Positions 61,279 to 64,000 of a stretch of 64,000 nt of DNA are shown piece by piece. The stretch comes from an uncultured bacterium (GTDB lineage Bacteria > Verrucomicrobiota > Lentisphaeria > Victivallales > UBA1829). The notes below the pieces were generated by a model. The model was not told the origin of the DNA and did not search any database. It saw nothing but the letters and a program-made list of their open reading frames with translations. The translations under genes were made by a program, and so were the position numbers. How positions within the stretch are numbered: the first letter of the stretch is position 1; every line of letters begins with the position of its first letter. The stretch lies in NCBI GenBank assembly GCA_949290385.1, contig CASERY010000030.1, positions 4,300-68,299 on the forward strand, given 5' to 3'.

Positions 61279-62778
61279 ATGGTGCCGGATGGGGCCGACT
61301 CGAAATGTTTTTTCAGAAAAATCGGCAGAAATGCAGGGGCCGCATGGTGGATCCCGACTCTTTATTTTGCAGAAGGGGCACCTGCTTCTATTTTTACAGA
61401 AGTCTCAGTTCCGATTTTCATGTCCTTCCAAATGAGTGAAGGGATGATTGCTCTCTGGTCCAATCTGCTGGGACTTGTGCCGATTCTGTTGATTAAAATA
61501 CTATGGGCGCCTTTCGTGGATGCTGTCAGCACAAAGCGCTTCTGGATTATTATGACACAGATTTCCATGGCCGTTGTCTTTTTCTTTTCGGCGGCGGCAT
61601 GCTGTGCGGGCAGTCTTGCTCCGCTTCTTCTGATCAGTACATTTGCCCTGGGGGCCTTTTTTTCCGCAACCCATGATGTGGCGGCAGACGGATATTACAT
61701 TATTGCTCTTTCTGAACGGGAACAGGCGCTGTATTCCGGTTTGCGCAGCGTGTTCTTCCGGGTGGCCATGATCGCGGCAAACGGAGGACTGATTTTGTTC
61801 GCCGGGTTCCTGTCGGATGCGGTCGCAGGTGAGATGAACGATGTTCGTGCGGGATTCGTCTGGATGATCAGTTTGCTGATTCCGGGTATCCTGATGGGCC
61901 TGCTGGCACTTTATCACTGGATGGTTTTGCCGGAGAGAGAAGAAAAACAGAAAAGCAGGATTTCAGGCAGATGCGGGAATGGAGAATGGAGTTCCCGCAA
62001 CGGCTGCGGGGAAAAAAATTCCGTTTCAAAAAAGCTTCAAGAGGAAAGTAGCGAAAAACGAATTGGCATCCGGCAGATTTGGCAGGATTTCAGACAGTCA
62101 GGCGTCCTTTTTTTCAAAAAGCGACAGGTGGGGACAGTCTTGCTGTTCCTGTTGTTTTTCCGTTTATAGGAATCCCAGCTGGGAGCCATGTCCAAACTCT
62201 TTCTCCTGGATTCGCAGAACGGAATGGGCCTGACTCTGAAAAGCTATGGATTCCTGGCTGGGACTGTTTCCCCGGCAATGCTTCTGGCCGGAGGGGTCCT
62301 TGCCGGCTGGGTTGTCACCCGAACAGGCCTGGATAGAATGCTGATGATGATGGCTTGTGCCATCAATCTGCCTGATCTGGTTTATCTGTGGATGGCTTTT
62401 TGCCGGGAAATGCCGTTATGGGGCGTGGGAATTTGCACAGGCATTGAAGCATTCGGATACGGATTTGGATTTACCGGTTATATGCTGGTCATGGTGTGGT
62501 TCGCTGCAGGAAGTGGAAAATGCAAGACCAGTCACTATGCCCTGATGACCGTGTTTATGATTGCAGGTTATCGAATTCCGGCCATGTTTTCCGGAAAAAT
62601 ATTTGAAGGGTTCAAAGCTCTGCTGGATCATGCTTTTATAAAAACAGATCTTTGTGCACTGCCTTATCAGGTTTTCTTTGTCTGGGTGATGATCTGTACA
62701 ATTCCGGGGTTTATAGTCTCCAGACAAATGCTAAAGCATATGACTCCGCATTATGGAATGAAGGATAAGCTGGATTAA
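61279..62778 (+). CDS. ampG: AmpG-family muropeptide MFS transporter (in-frame TAG at 62167-62169)
   Basis: GGAGG lies upstream of ATG 61279. WWIPTLYFAEGAP...ILWAPFVDAVSTKRFW and, after the TAG, ...LFLLDSQNGMGLT...GIEAFGYGFGFTGYML...KTSHYALMT match AmpG blocks. ORFs 61279..62169 and 62188..62778 are in the same frame. Stop TAA. Confidence 0.82.
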
Positions 62779-62867
62779 AAATCCATTAATAAGTAAAATT
62801 TTATCGTTTGGAGAAACTTGACATATTCTGCCATTCCTGTTATATTAAGAGAAAAATAGATAAATAG

Positions 62868-63938
<1,071 letters not shown>

Positions 63939-63967
63939 TCTGCTGAAAGCAGTTTGACCGATTCCTA

Positions 63968-63999
63968 GGGGCGGGCGGCATTACCGCTCGCCCCTTTTT
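63968..63999 (+). terminator. Intrinsic terminator after gap
   Basis: ggggcgggcgg / ccgctcgcccc form a stem with the loop catta, followed by TTTTT. Confidence 0.85.
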
Positions 64000-64000
64000 G

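Noticed and set aside
5334-62778. Explanation of the split genes as ordinary pseudogenes or genome decay
   Set aside because: All 16 interruptions are TAG. I saw no TAA or TGA interruptions and no frameshifts. The affected genes include essential-type functions (recN, ftsQ-like, ampG). Downstream halves remain open and family-consistent. Decay should give mixed lesion types. This remains the formal alternative until the whole genome is examined.

Overview
This is a 64-kb chromosomal segment from a diderm (Gram-negative-type) bacterium, carrying mostly housekeeping, envelope and glycan-related genes on both strands. In order: fucI (partial), gatB, argG, recN, a U32 peptidase, a lolE/lolD-like ABC pair, and a sugar-modifying block (ceramidase-like hydrolase, Gfo/Idh/MocA dehydrogenase, DegT aminotransferase, CBM9-like protein). 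Then an ftsQ-like gene, an esterase, dus, pdxR-pdxST, azlCD, an SDR, an XRE regulator, membrane pyrophosphatase hppA, ispE, pyrH, asd, a radical SAM protein and an AEC transporter. Then truA, a GH78-like rhamnosidase, an ECF sigma/anti-sigma pair, a bS22-like micro-protein, a TPR protein, rpsO-pnp, xth, folC, a tolB-like gene, ampG and gap. I recognised no rRNA, tRNA, bona fide CRISPR array, transposase or prophage. Taxonomy cannot be fixed from this window; the gene content would fit an anaerobic glycan-degrading PVC-type or similar bacterium, which is only a guess. The main observation concerns the genetic code. Sixteen TAG codons lie in frame inside, or at the apparent ends of, otherwise intact genes. 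The interruption is always TAG, never TAA, TGA or a frameshift. Downstream sequence continues in the same frame, and where a family is recognisable it still fits that family. None of the 48 complete CDS I call needs TAG as its terminator (by my reading 29 end in TAA and 19 in TGA). I interpret this as amber-codon reassignment or constitutive suppression in this organism; the inserted amino acid is unresolved. Secondary observations: six intergenic loci each carry their own private 16-35 bp direct repeat in 2-3 copies at a 65-71 bp period. There is also an orphan RF-H-like GGQ-domain protein, a radical-SAM-like paralogue with a degenerate Cys motif, and an unusually long (about 1 kb) rpsO-pnp spacer. 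Start codons are approximate, and all family calls rest on motif recognition from memory, not database searches.
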